From Octopus sinensis (Eukaryota), in the NCBI RefSeq assembly GCF_006345805.1, contig NC_043000.1:32612001-32676000 (forward strand): 64,000 bases of DNA, read 5' to 3'. Both the position numbers and the translations under genes were made by a program. Shown piece by piece: positions 25,750-38,501 of the stretch. Positions within the stretch are counted from its first letter, which is position 1, and every line of letters starts with the position of its first letter. The notes beneath the pieces were generated by a model that was not told the DNA's origin, made no database searches, and saw nothing but the letters and a program-made list of their open reading frames with translations.

Positions 25750-26392
25750 AGATGCATGGTTATTACTATTATTATTGTAGAAATAATGAGGATATTATTA
25801 TTATAGAAACAATTATTATTATTCTCTTCTTCCAACCTTCATGTTTATTTCAACCCCTAAAGATAATATATAGGTTCATTTATTATTTCTGTTTGTCTTA
25901 ATTAGCTACAAATATAATGTTTATTGCTGTTGTTTAATTAATCCACCCTACGAAGACATGTGCTCTTGTTTACTGGGTCTCCCGCCACATTTTAATAATT
26001 GTTTTAACAACAAACTCAACATTACAATGCAATAATTAAATCGTTGCTAAATTTACTTTTGTCATTTGTATGTTGAAACGTTGCATGGAGCAAAACTTTA
26101 TTCACAACTATAATTAATAAAGCAACTTAATGAGGAGAAAACTCTTCCAGTTTATAAGCCAGCATTGCTTCGGGCTACATATTGGCGCCTGCTGCCGTCT
26201 GGGAAATGGTGATAATAATTAAATTATAATAATTTCTTAGATAAATACATGTCCTCGGGTTTAGGGAGGATGAGAAATGGAACCCAGGCGTCCAGCTGTT
26301 TTCCTTCCAAAGATGCAAAACGAATGAGGCGATCGCAACTTTTCGGCTCCTCCATAATTCAAATATTTTTCATAAACACCATTTGTTGGGAG

Positions 26393-26444
<52 letters not shown>

Positions 26445-27660
26445 TTTGTAATCTATTTGGTTGTTATCAAAGTTTAGATGATTAAACTCTATTGCTATCG
26501 GTTTTAAACTTAGAACAGCATGTCACCCTAAATTACATGTCGTGTCAGTCCCTCAGTTATTTACTATATAAAGCAAACATTCTGTCATGTGATTCTTACA
26601 GAAACATGAAATTAAAAAATTTTTTGGAGACTAAAGAAAATTTTGTGATAATCATGTTTTCTCGGGAGCAATTGCAACTCAGTGAAGGGGTGTCGGTGCC
26701 ATCAATTAACAATAGCTCACCTCTGACCCGATGGAGCCGGTGTCTTACATTGGTACCGAGAAGACAAGCAAGAAATGATGGTTTGTGGTGTTAATGCCTT
26801 TCGTATCAAATGGGAATTACTCTTCAAATTTCATGTAGGCATCGTCTTTAATTGCAGCTGTAAAAATATCCAGGAATTGTTTTGGTTTCGCATCACGTGA
26901 CAGCATTAAAGAATCTCCAGTTAACAAGGGTGGTGGTTCCATATTGTCACGCGAGCTGCTAGAAATAACAGCTGAATCCCCTTCAAATTATAGTCTACCG
27001 TCTTAAACATGATGACAGAGTGTCTTGAGTAGCAGCAACGACTGACGTAAAAATGCTTCAGAGAAACTCTTTTCAAATACAAACGAAGGTCTCACGTGTA
27101 ATTTGGCTTATTGGAAATCTTTTAATTAGTTACAATTACCTAATTAATTAGTACTTAAAATGTCACTCAAGAGGTGTTTAAAATCTCAAAAACAAGCAAG
27201 AAGGGAGGTAACTACAATAAGTTCAGTTGATGAGAATTTTGGACGACATAATGTCGATTGATGCGGATCTTGTTTTTGAAACCAACTGCTGAAGGTATAT
27301 GATACGTCTCCGTGTTATCAGAGTTCCTTTGCAAAACATTCTACTCAGCATGACTCAGAATGTCACTGATTATGAGTATCAATACTATGGGTGAGAGTTT
27401 CATGTATTAAATTGAAATATGATAGAGCCTCACATATATAATAATAATAATAAAAATATAGTGAGTTGAGAAACTTCGTTAAAGTGAGATTGTTATCTTA
27501 GTAATTAGTGGAGGAAAGCTCCTAGCTATTTACCATATCATGTTTGTGGGGATTTGTATATTGAGTATACAAGCATGACTCTGTGGTTAAGAAATTGCTT
27601 ACCATGTAGTTTTTAGTTCCCTCTCCCCTCCCCCCTCTCTACACACATATATATATATTG

Positions 27661-28560
27661 TAGCTGAAACACTATCAGAACTAGAGAAGAGGTTTCAGGT
27701 GTGGAAGCAAGGTCTAGAATCAAAGGGCTTTAGAGTTAGTCTAGCAAAGACCAAAGTTTTAGTAAGTAGGAAAACAGACAAATTACAAGTCCTTTCAGGG
27801 AGATGACCCTGCTTGATATGTAGAAACTCCATAGGTGCAGCAGTATCAGACGAAGGTTAACAGAGAAATAGTCTTTGTGTGTGGTAGATGTGCAGGTCCA
27901 GTAAACACTAAGAATGTACTGAGAATAGACTTTGTCAAATGCCCAGCGTGGCGATGGGGATACTTAGAAGTCGTAAATAGCTTCTGTTACCTAGATGACC
28001 AAGTCAGTAGTGGAGGAGGATGCTTTGAGAGCGTAGCTGCTAGAATAAGAATAGACTGGGCAAAAATCAGAGAGCTTCTACCTTTGTTAGCAACGAAGGG
28101 CCTCTCTCTCAGAGTGAAAGGCAGATTGCATTATGCCTGTGTGCAAACAGCCATGCTATATGGCAGTGAAACATGGGCTGTGACTGCAGAGGACGTGTGA
28201 ATGCTTGAAAGAAATGAAGCCAGTGTGCTCTGCTGGGTGGGTAATGTCAGTGTTCATGTATGGCAGATTGTAAGTGTCTTAGAAAAATTAGGTATAAGAG
28301 CTATCAGATGTAATGTGCAAGAGAGAAGACAGTGCTGGTATGGCTATGTGATGCATAGAGACAAGCACAGCTGTGTAAAGAAGATCTGATCTCAAACTGT
28401 GGAGGTAACCTGTGGAAGAGGTAGACTCAGAAAAGATTTGGGATGAGATGGCGAAATACAATTGTCAGATGTTGAGTTTCATGGAAGTGGTGACATGTGA
28501 CCAAGACTTCTGGTGATTTGTTGTGCTTGAGAAGACATGTCAAGGTGCTTAATGAAATTT
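27661..28560 (+). mobile_element. Decayed RTE LINE ORF2 fragment (same family as 13068-15114)
   Basis: AETLSELEKRFQVWKQGLESKG...VFVCGRCAG...SFCYLDDQVSSGGGCFESVAARIRIDWAK...GLSLRVKGRL; contains stops and frameshifts. Confidence 0.9.
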
Positions 28561-29056
28561 TAGGTGTGGCCAGTATTGGCAGCATGTGAAAAGCAGCTTT
28601 GCTAAGTGACACCTATGAGGCATCCACACCGGTGACATGTAAAAGACATCCTGTATATTGTAGAGTGGTTGGTGTTAGGAAGGGCATCCAGCCATAAGAA
28701 AGCAAGCCTAAACAGACTGGATCCTGATGCAGCTTACCAGTTCCAATCAAACCATCTGACCCATGCCAGCATTGAAAACAAACATTAAATGATGATGATG
28801 TGTGTATGTCATCATCTGGCGAATCAGATGGCTGCACCAGACTCCAATCTGATCTGGCAGAGTTTCTACAGCTGGATGCCCTTCCTAATGCCAACCACTC
28901 CGAGAGTGTAGTATGTATATAAATATATATATCAAAAGGATGTGTTATAACACTATTCCATATACACAAACAGCAATATCAACAATCCAACATACCTCCA
29001 TCATCAGCTGTCCCATGGATATCATTATGGTTTTGACACTGTGTGTGTATATATAT

Positions 29057-29961
29057 ACTAGCAGTATCGCCCGGCGTTGCTTGGGTTTGTAAGGGAAATA
29101 ACTATAAAGCATTTTTAGAGAGTTATAGCCAAAAAATAGCAAAAAATGCATTAAAAATGGAAAAAAAATTATGGTAAATTTTTTTTTAAATCGTTGACTC
29201 ATCGTAGACATTTTTAGAGAGTTACTTCCCTTATATTAAAAAAAATATGCATTAAAATGGAAAAAATGATGGTAAATTATTTTTAAAATCGTAGACTCAT
29301 CGTAGATGTGCGCTAATACCCAGAAGGGCTTGATATGAATCACGACTATAAGATACCCGGTTTTGGTTAAACTGCACCGCAAAATGTGGAAGTAGTTAAG
29401 AATCTAAATCGGAGTAGACAAACACACAACCTTTCTTTTATATATAACTAGCAGTATCGCCCGGCGTTGCTCGGGTTTGTAAGGGAAATAACTATATAAG
29501 CATTTTTAGAGAGTTACTTCCCTTATAGATGCCAATTCGGGCTTTCTTAGCCATTTCTGTTTTGGTGTCTTCAAGCCATGAAGTCGTTGTTCTAAAAGAA
29601 CGCTGGTCTCCTTGACAACGCTTTACGATGTTGATTTCTTTACACTCCCTTTCCCACAGCTTCACGAAGGAGGGAAGAAGGGGGAGAAGCAAACAGGTGC
29701 AGGTGTGACAATGGACGCCAACTCCGCCGCCATCGACACACGAAAAATTATGCATTAAAATGGAATAAAAAATTATGTTAAATTATTTTTAAAATCGTAG
29801 ACTCATCGTAGACGCACGCTAATACTCAGATGGGCTCGATATGAATCACGACTATAAGATACCCGAATTTGGTTAAACTGCACCGCAAAATGTGGGAGTA
29901 GTTAGGAATCTAAATCGAAGGGGACAGACACTCACACAACTACAGTTTTATATATATAGAT
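29057..29961 (-). mobile_element. Two head-to-tail non-autonomous Helitron-like units (29057-29446, 29447-29961)
   Basis: Minus-strand 5' A|TCTATATATATAAAA. Each unit ends in a GC hairpin (cccgagcaacgccggg) followed by gcgatactgCTAG|T. Internal segments are repeated. Confidence 0.75.
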
Positions 29962-30394
29962 ATATAAAGATATATTTATAAAAGAACAAAAGATGAAGAT
30001 AAGTGTATAAACAACAAACAGGTGTATCAGTTTAACGCTCAGGAAGGTGAGAGAGTCTTTTATTTTCCGAGCCTACACTCTTCAACAGAGAGGAACACAA
30101 GGAAGTAAACAGAGAGAGAATAAAAAAAGAGTATGTATGTGTGTGTGTTATTTGAATAAAGTGTTATTAATAAGGTATTAATAATCTAGGCAAAATACTT
30201 CTTAAGCTTTCTTCTGATACAAAGACACCAGGCTAGCAAAAGGATTCTTTTGATTTGTATAGAACTCCAGGTAATCCTAAGGCAAGATCCAGTGTTGAAG
30301 TCCATCACCAGCCAACTTTGGAAATCCATTTTTGCATTACCAAGTTAATATTTTCACAGAATGACAGAAAAAAGACATAAATAATGGCCTTCAA

Positions 30395-31055
30395 ACATTG
30401 AGCCTCACCGAGGCAATGACTAGTGACCAGGACCTCTGGAAATATGCTGTGCTGCAGAAGACTCGGCAAGCGCAAGTGAGACCATAACCTTGTGGCCTAT
30501 GCCTGGGGTGTAACCAGTCCACTTATGCATGCCTTTCCTTCATTGGACACTAAACTCTGCTTGTGAAGACCAGTTGAGGCAAGTGAAATCGAAGTCAGAA
30601 TCAAATTCAGTGACTGGCATCCGTTGCTAGTAGAGCACTAAGGGTACCATACGAGTGAGATCGTTGCCAGAGCAACAAGCTGGCCTTCGTGCTGATGGCA
30701 CATTAAACACACCATTCGAGCGTGATCATTACCGTGTTGCCTTACTAGCACTTGTGCGGGTGGCACGTGAAACATTTGAGCGAGGTCGTCGCCAGTGTCA
30801 CTGGACTGGCTCCTATGCAGGTGGCACATAAAAAACACTATTTGGGCGAGGCTGTTGCCAGTACCACCAAACTGGCCCTCGTGCCGGTGGCACGTAAAAG
30901 CACCCACTACACTCTCGGAGTGGTTGGCATTAGGAAGGGCATCCAGCTGTAGAAACTCTGCCAGATCAGATTGGAGTCTAGTTCGCCAGACCTCAGTCAA
31001 ATCGTCCAATCCATGCTAGCACCGAAAGCGGACGTTAAACGATGACGATGATGAT
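30395..31055 (+). mobile_element. RTE 3' portion: ORF2 end plus 3' UTR with about 5 tandem units
   Basis: SLTEAMTSDQDLWKYAVLQKTRQAQ matches the end of the ORF at 13607; followed by the 3' UTR and (GAT)n tail. Confidence 0.88.
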
Positions 31056-33611
31056 ATAAATGTGTAAAACACATTATTTATGGCCTTTTTGTTATGTGTG
31101 TGTGTCTGTATGTATTAATGTTTGTTTCTTTTTGTTCAGTTCTGATAAAATTAATTTCACTTAATCCGATGGGTTACTTTGTACTTTTGTAAAAAACAGA
31201 TTTATTTTTCTTATACAAGAATATTATTGACAGTGAGTTTGAAGTTTTGGCCATTGAAGACTGTGATACACATCGATCACAGTTGGTCATGTTGTCACGA
31301 GTGCAGTATTTCGAGGAGGTGTAATAAGACTGGAACATGTCTGTTGATTGAAACACCAGACCCACTCCATTCTGCATTATCAGAAAAAGATCCAACCATA
31401 TTTCACAGGAGTTATTATCTCCCTTGGTTTTAGAATTTCAATTTCTATTGTGGACGTTTTTGCCTACTAATTACTTGGATAATCAGTTGATCGAAGTTTT
31501 TCTTCTCAGTGCTGGTGTCATATAATAAGTACCCAGAACAGTTTGTAAGGTCTTTGGTGTTAGGAAAGGCATCCAGCAATAGAAACCATGTCAAAATAGC
31601 CAATTGGAGTCTGGTGCAGCTCTCCAGCTGACCATCTCCTCTCAAACCGTCCAACCCATGCCAGCATGAAAAAACGGACGTTAAACGATGATGATGATGA
31701 TGCAAGGCTCTTCCATTTGTCTAGGATTATGTTGTCTAAGATAGATTATACCATAAATAAATGTAGGTTGATCACTAGCAGAAAGTCTTTGATTATAGGT
31801 CAGCTAAGTGAAGGCTGACCTGGGATTAAACAAAATCAAGAAGCTTAAAGTCTCTGTTCCACAAGTAACTCTTTCACCTTCACCTACAGGATTGAGGTTT
31901 CTGTCCTTGTTTAGTTGCCACATTTTCACTCGTGTGAACCTCCTTGTTGTGGTATGGCTGGTGGGTCAACTTTGCCTGTCGTCCCTTTCGGGCTTGATAA
32001 TAAGGACTAGACAGACACTGGTTGCTGACGTAATCCACTTACCCCCTCTCCCTCAAAATTACTCCACCGGCATTGTGCAAAAATTTGAAACCAATATTTC
32101 ATTTGATTTTTACTGACAGATGATGATGATGAATGGGGGTCGATCACCTATTGATGACATCTTTAATTAATCATTCCTTGTCATCTTTGAAACAGCTGAG
32201 TGGATAATTATAGGTTGGCCATGGATGGAATACTGTTGATCACAGGCCTGTTGAAGATTTTACCTGGGGTTAAAACAACAACATATGTACTGATGAGGGA
32301 GCCTCTACATGGTTCTTCAGCCTGCAAGAAATAGCAGTCAAATCTTTCTCATATTACTATTCCCCCTTTTATAGAAGGGAAGGGCGGTCATATAATCATT
32401 GGTTACCTTTAATCGACCAGTTAGCCAAGGCTGGATTGCTCAGACAGGCTGACCTGGGGTTAAACAATAACTTATTGATGACTATTGTTTTTGGTTTCAC
32501 TGAAGACTGGGCTTTTGAATTAGCTTATCTCATAATCCTGACAATAACGGCTGATAACGCCCCCCCCCCTCCAGGTTTTAATTAATTCAGTCAGTTTCAT
32601 CTGTCTTTGAGAGGGATTGCAGTGGTTTATTGAAAACAGCATGAATGCCACTCAATCACATCTTTTTCCTAAATAAAGAAAAAATTTTTGCATATCTGTA
32701 GAAAATGGTTTTAGGGACTGAACAGAACGGTTTGAATGAAGAAGTCCCTATTTTTTTTTTTTTTTGCTTCCATGTCAAAGAATTCAATAAAAAGAAGAAA
32801 AAGATTTAACAGACATTGGTGAGTAACAACAGTAAGAGGTGGAGAGAGAGAGGAGGGGAGATAGTGAGAGAGTTTGTAACTGTTTCCATCACTCTCCCCC
32901 TGTCCCCTTATATAAACAGTTATTTTCACTGCAGCCCAACCGCTTGCTGCAGTTTGTCGATGACATTTCGATGGGTGAATGTTTTAGCGAAAAGGGAAGT
33001 GTCAATATTGTTGGCACCTTTCTGTTTTTGTTGGAATAATCTAAATAAAAGTTTGGTTTGGTTAGGTTAGGTTTGGTTCATAGAGAAAAGCAGTAACACA
33101 AGTTTCTCTGGGAGCCAGAATCATTTGTTATAAAGTTAAAGGAGAAAAATAGATAGGGTTTTTTTTTTGTATCTTGTAAAACCCTTTTGTGTTTGATTAT
33201 GAGAGTTTGATAAAGTTAATTGCTGTGAGGGTGTAAAATCCAACGATTCTGCCTGAGAGAGAGAGAGAGAATATTGATTCGATTTGGGTTACGTCAAATA
33301 AAGAATTTGAAGTACTCAGCATTATTTTTGTGGTAGTCTGAAGAATGGTGGCAATACTCCGCCAGTTAAGGCCTTCAAGAACTGTAGGTGAGATCAATTA
33401 ATGTGTTAATTTGAGCAGTAGAGTATTAAGACTATAAACCTGTTTACAGATTCTTTCTCCTCTGTCGCAGTTCTGCCCTCACCAGTGTGATGCTGTCTTT
33501 GAGCCCCAATTGATCCTGAATGGCTAACCTTGAATAACTATTAAAAAACCTTGAAGCAATTGGGCCCCACCAAGGTTTTTTTATACTTAGGAATTACTTA
33601 TTGATTCCTAT

Positions 33612-33885
33612 CATCATCATCATCATTGTTTAACGTCCGCTTTCCATGCTAGCATGGGTTGGATGTGTGACAGGTCTGGCGAACCAGAAGGCTGCACCAG
33701 GCTTCAATCTTGATCTGGCAGAGTTTCTACAGCTGGATGCCCTTCCTAATGCCAACCACTCCGAGAGTGTAGTGGGTGCTTTTACGTGCCACCGGTACGG
33801 GGCCAGTCAGGCAGCACTGGCAACAACCTTGCTTGAATCTTTTACACATGCCACCGGCGCGGGTGCCAGTAAGGCAATGCTGGTA
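33612..33885 (-). mobile_element. RTE 3'-end fragment
   Basis: Family 3' UTR sequence with a (CAT)n run at its left end. Confidence 0.85.
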
Positions 33886-34540
33886 TGTATTTTCTCAGAG
33901 TTAGTCCCTTGTGTAGATTCTTGTCGTCTCCGTCTCTCCAGTGCTTTGACAACTTAATCCTCAGGAAATTCGAAACCTTGGTCAATATCAGACTCTCTCC
34001 AGAATCCTATGACCGGGCTGCATTGTCCAAATGGTTCGGGGCTCTAGGTTTGCATAAGTGCTCGTCCTCTATCTCTTCCCTATTTTCTTTCCTCCATCCA
34101 CGTTTGCTCCTCTTTGGTAGCCAACATCCTCTTCTCTCCAACATGGACTAGTTCCAATAGGAAAATGGATGAAGCCCTGTTACAGTGAATAGAGCTGGGT
34201 TTGTCAGTTCTTGACATAGCTGAGGATAGAGGGAAGCAGAGAGTATGGGGCAACCTGTGTTCAGGTGTTACTTTCAACTCTCTCCTTTGATTAATCTGAT
34301 CAGTTTTACATGGTGTTGCCTACTTTCTGCAAGTATTCTCAAGGGATTGGATTGACTTCCTGCCTCTGGCCAACATTGGTGGTCTGCTCAGACTGGGTGA
34401 GTTCTGCATCTCCATTGCACTCAGAGCCGACGTCTGTGGGGAATTGAGATGTCGCTGGGGTAGGCCCCTTGACTTCACAAGTTTTCGTGGTCTCTTTTGC
34501 CGCCTGAATGCTGGTCGTTCCACTTATCACACTGAGCTAA

Positions 34541-34930
34541 TCATCATCATTGTTCGACCGTGGTCAAGACAATGGAATTTACTATGTTACGCCAGGCTTC
34601 ACAGTCCATCATAGCATTACGGAGGTCCTGTTGCTGGATGCCTGTATCCCTGGAGATTACATCAGAGTAGGAGAGTGTGCGCCCTCTGGTATCGCAAACA
34701 GATGGCTTCCAGAGGAGAAGAGTAGAAATTACCTCGTTTTCAGCTCTACAACAATGTCCAACAAACTGGACTCTTCTACCTTTCACAAGAGATGATACAG
34801 GTGGTAGTTTCCCATATATTTGTACTTTGGTTGGATGACGCTTCCACGAGAGATTTTGAGCTCTCATAAGGAGGCGAGTGTAAGTTCCATCCAACCACCT
34901 CAATTGAATGGAGCTAAGCTTAATCATTAA
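34541..34930 (-). mobile_element. Second RTE-like LINE family, 3' end
   Basis: LDGTYTRLLMRAQNLSWKRHPT...RRVQFVGHC.R...LLLWKP...GRTLSY.DVI.RDTG...AMMD.EAWR, then a (GAT)n tail. Confidence 0.75.
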
Positions 34931-35400
34931 GCTGGCCCTGGCTCTGGTTAATACCCCCTCGGTTTTGGAGCTGGTGGGATTATCCAGAAGTGATAGAAAA
35001 AGACCAGATGGTTTTACTCTCTGTCGGTTAGAGGTCGGTGCCTCATCCGGAACACCACAGTCTGTAACCTTTTGCTCCCTCCCACTTCCTGGATGCTGTC
35101 GTAAATGGGAATGTCACTGTTGTCGTAGCTGAATGGAATGAAATCTTTAAGTATTGGAACTTGTCAGTGAACCGTTTATTCCAGCCTATGGTGTTTGGAG
35201 GGCTGGGCCACTAACGGCAAAGTTCTTGTCAGCGTGGGCAATTTACCTCACCAAGGTGCCATGTGATGCCTGTGAGGGGGCTTGGCTTTTCCAATGCTTT
35301 AACCTCTCTATCACCCGTGGTAATGCCTTTGAGCATGCTGGCTTGCTTCAGTAGGTTCTGTTGAACCTTATGCTATGCGACCATTTGTGGCACTTAAGGC
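34930..35400 (+). mobile_element. CRE-like non-LTR element, restriction-like endonuclease relic
   Basis: LELVGLSRSDRKRPDGFTL...(frameshifts)...FIPAYGVWRAGPLTAKFL...AWLFQCFNLSITRGNA, resembling the KRPDG...WD.T...QR.S.AI.RGNA pattern. Confidence 0.6.
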
Positions 35401-36619
35401 CTCAATTGATGATGTTTTATTTTTCTTTATTTCTTCTCCTTTCCTCATGTTTGTGTTTTCTTCAGTTTTTGGATTTGAATTTTTGATGTGGCTTTGTGTT
35501 TGATATGTATCATATACACGAGTGTTATATTCCAATAAAGTGCTCTAGCTGGGGCATGGGGGAGTATGAACTGGGAAAGGATTAAGGAACACGACAATTC
35601 TTGACAGAAAGTGTTTAGTATGGACTCTTGTGTGAAACCGGGCGAGTGAGGTCGTGATGAAGAGAGAAAAAAAAACAAAGAAATAAAAAATGGATTGGCA
35701 ACCAGCAAGTTCACAGAAGGATAACCAGCAAGTGTGTGTGTGTGTGTGTGTTTAGGAGAATCAGCCTGGCGATAAGCTAACAAGTTGTAAACTTAGTGAA
35801 ATAAGAGGTCTGACTGTGAGGCAGATGGTCCTTTTTTGATATGGTGTGGGTTCTAGGTGTGTGAGACGAGTGCATTGACCCAAATATTTAGTTCAGGGTC
35901 TGTCTGAATTATGCCAAAGAATATGTGTGTGATCGTAGAGATGGTAAGGTTTTATTAGCATTTTAAAAGGACGGCATATCGTTATCTGTAGGGATGTAAT
36001 GTGATGATGGTGTTGTGTGGCATATTTGAGTGAATGTTGAAAGAGAATAAAATGATATGTTTGAGGAAAAGTGTTCGGGGTCCTTGTGTAGAAAAGTGTA
36101 AAGTTAGAAGTGACAGCCAACAAATAATATAGAAACAAGATTGTCGAGATCTTTACTACACAACTATTGTTGTGATTTTAGGTGCAATATTCGTCTTTTT
36201 AAAGTAAGGATCGGAGAGAGTTTCTCATCACTGGCGTAGTTAGAACGTGCGTTTGCCGGGGTAGACCTTAAGTTTCCTCGTCATTCATTTTACATGATTA
36301 TATAGCAAACCCCAAAGTAATGACTCTTATAAAAGTGCCACCCGGGGTAGACCGCCCCACCACCCTCTCCTCTTGCTACACTACTGGTTGTGACCGGATG
36401 CTATAGCGGAACGACAAACCTGCTGTGGATGAGTGGGTAGTGAGAGCTACAGCTTTAGTTTCTCCAACGTTTCAATAAATATAGGGACAATATGATCAGT
36501 TGAAAAAACCAAACAAAAAAAAAAACCAAACCCTTTTAAGAACAGTGCCCCAGCATGGTTTCAGTCTAATTACTGAAACCAGTAAAGGAATAAAAGATAA
36601 AGGTTATTGTTTTCCGACA

Positions 36620-36920
36620 TCTCTGTATACATAAACGGCAAAATGTCTGTCTGTGTGTGTGTGTGTTCTTTATACAAATCCACAATTTTTCAGTTAGAGG
36701 GCTCGCACTTTCTATGGTCATTCAAAACCGTCCAAAGGTGGTCGTGCACATCTTTACATTTCTCCAGTCACCCCGCAAAGCCATTAAAAATTCAATAGAA
36801 GTGACTTTTTAGTGAATTTTCTATCCAAAACCCAATCAAAATGCCTGAAACTTGATACACCAATTGAATGCTAGCTAGCTGTATGTGATTGGTCGGAGAT
36901 TTGGACAGTACTCGCGTGTC
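36620..36920 (+). mobile_element. Possible 5' part of another non-autonomous Helitron-like element
   Basis: Starts a|tctctgtatacataaacggcaaaatgtctgtctgtgtg, like the TC-TATA-(GT) 5' ends of such elements. No CTAG 3' end found. Confidence 0.35.
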
Positions 36921-37779
36921 ATAGTGCTAGTCATTACTCTATTTGTAACAGTGATGGTGTTGAGGAGACTGCTGAAGGCAGCTATTGTCGACAGGACTTA
37001 AAGAGGTTATCGTTTATGATAGTGAAATATTTGTATTTCAGTAATTAAGTCAGTAATTAAGTAGGGAGGGTAGAAATGTTATTTTTTTCCCCCTGTGATT
37101 GAACACACTATTGTATGTTGTATATCTGTTTCAGCGGGAGAAGAGATGGTACAAAGATTGATGTGGACAGGAGTTACTTTGGGATAATCAATAAACGGTT
37201 GTCTTGGGTCGTACTTGGTAGATGAGATCTCGAAGAGGTGAGAAAGGTGAAGTAGAGAGAGAGAGAGAGAGAGAGAGTCTTACAGCGTGAACGGAGTGAA
37301 TTTAGATTCAAATGAATATGGTACTTAAGTTAGATGCACCAGAATTTTGTATGGTGTTATCCATATAAATCCATGGGGTGATTATAATCAAAATAAGCAA
37401 CAAGAATAACTTCGGTAGTTATTCTTGTTGCTTATTTTGATTATATATATATACTTCAAATTTACAGAAAACAAAAGACAAAGACAGGTGAAAGAACAAG
37501 TAGGTGTATTAGTTTAACGCTCGGAAAGAATGGAAGAACAAGTCTTTGATGTCTCGAGCCTACGCTCTTTGGCAGAAAGCATTAAGAGGGGGGAAAATGG
37601 GGAGAGAGAGGAAAATGTGTTGGGATTGAACATTTCAACATGACTATATCCCAATGGCTGAAGACTCGTCACGTGCTTGAAACTCAGAGTACCAAGGAAT
37701 CTGAATCAAACTGTTTTGATTTATACATGTAACTTCCAATAAACGTGTTGAGTGCCCTTTTTTTGTTTGTCCACTCACT

Positions 37780-38047
37780 CATCATCGTTTAACATCTGCT
37801 TTCCATGCTAGCATGGGTTGGATGAATGACTGAGGGCTGGCGAACCAGAAGGCTGCACCAGGCTCCAATCTTGATCTGGCAGAGTTTCTATAGCTGGATC
37901 CCCTTCCTAACGCCAACCACTCCGAGAGTGTAGCGGGTACTTTTTACGTGCCACCGGCATGGGGCCAGTCAGGCGGTACTGGCAACGACCTCGCTTGAAT
38001 CTTTTACACATGCCACCGGCATAGGTGCCAGTAATGCGATGCTGGTA
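37780..38047 (-). mobile_element. RTE 3'-end fragment
   Basis: Family 3' UTR sequence. Confidence 0.85.
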
Positions 38048-38501
38048 TCGTGTATATATATATAATATCTCCTATTTTTTTTTTGCACCGTCCGGTTGCA
38101 AACAATCCCTTCTAATTTCAAAACCGCTTAACTTGCACCTGTCAAGATAAACACATAAAGACCAGTAAAAATACTGCAGAATTTTCCAAAAGCTCCAAGT
38201 CTACCAATTCAACGGCTTGCAGGAACTTTTATTTTATTAACTCTAGAAGAGGGAAAGCTCTGAGTTTGACAGAAGCAGAACCTGAATTCAGAATGTAAAA
38301 AAGCAGAATACGAGGGTGGGTGCCCAAAAGAAACTGGGATTTTGCATTATTATTTTATTCACTTAAGTTTTACACTTTTCCATTGGGAAAGGCAAAGGGG
38401 CCGATACAGTTCGGCACCAGTGACATTGCAACTCATTTATACAGTTGAGTGAACTAGAGCAATGTGAAATAAAGTGTCTTGCTGAAGAACACAGCCCGGC
38501 C

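Noticed and set aside
31174-31433. GC-richer segment with overlapping ORFs (IIDSEFEVLAIEDCDTHRSQL; minus-strand YCTRDNMTNCDRC)
   Set aside because: Weak splice donors and no recognisable family; could be a TE relic, but this is unsupported.
33055-33080. (TTAGG/TTTGG)n telomere-like run
   Set aside because: Only a few degenerate units and not TTAGGG; consistent with chance.
33895-34540. Possible CR1/L2 ORF1 relic
   Set aside because: Only faint motif hints in heavily interrupted frames; not enough to call.
36229-36388. Small MITE-like segment (cactggcgtagttag ... ttgctacactactg)
   Set aside because: The inverted ends are short and poorly matched, there is no TSD, and it is a single copy.
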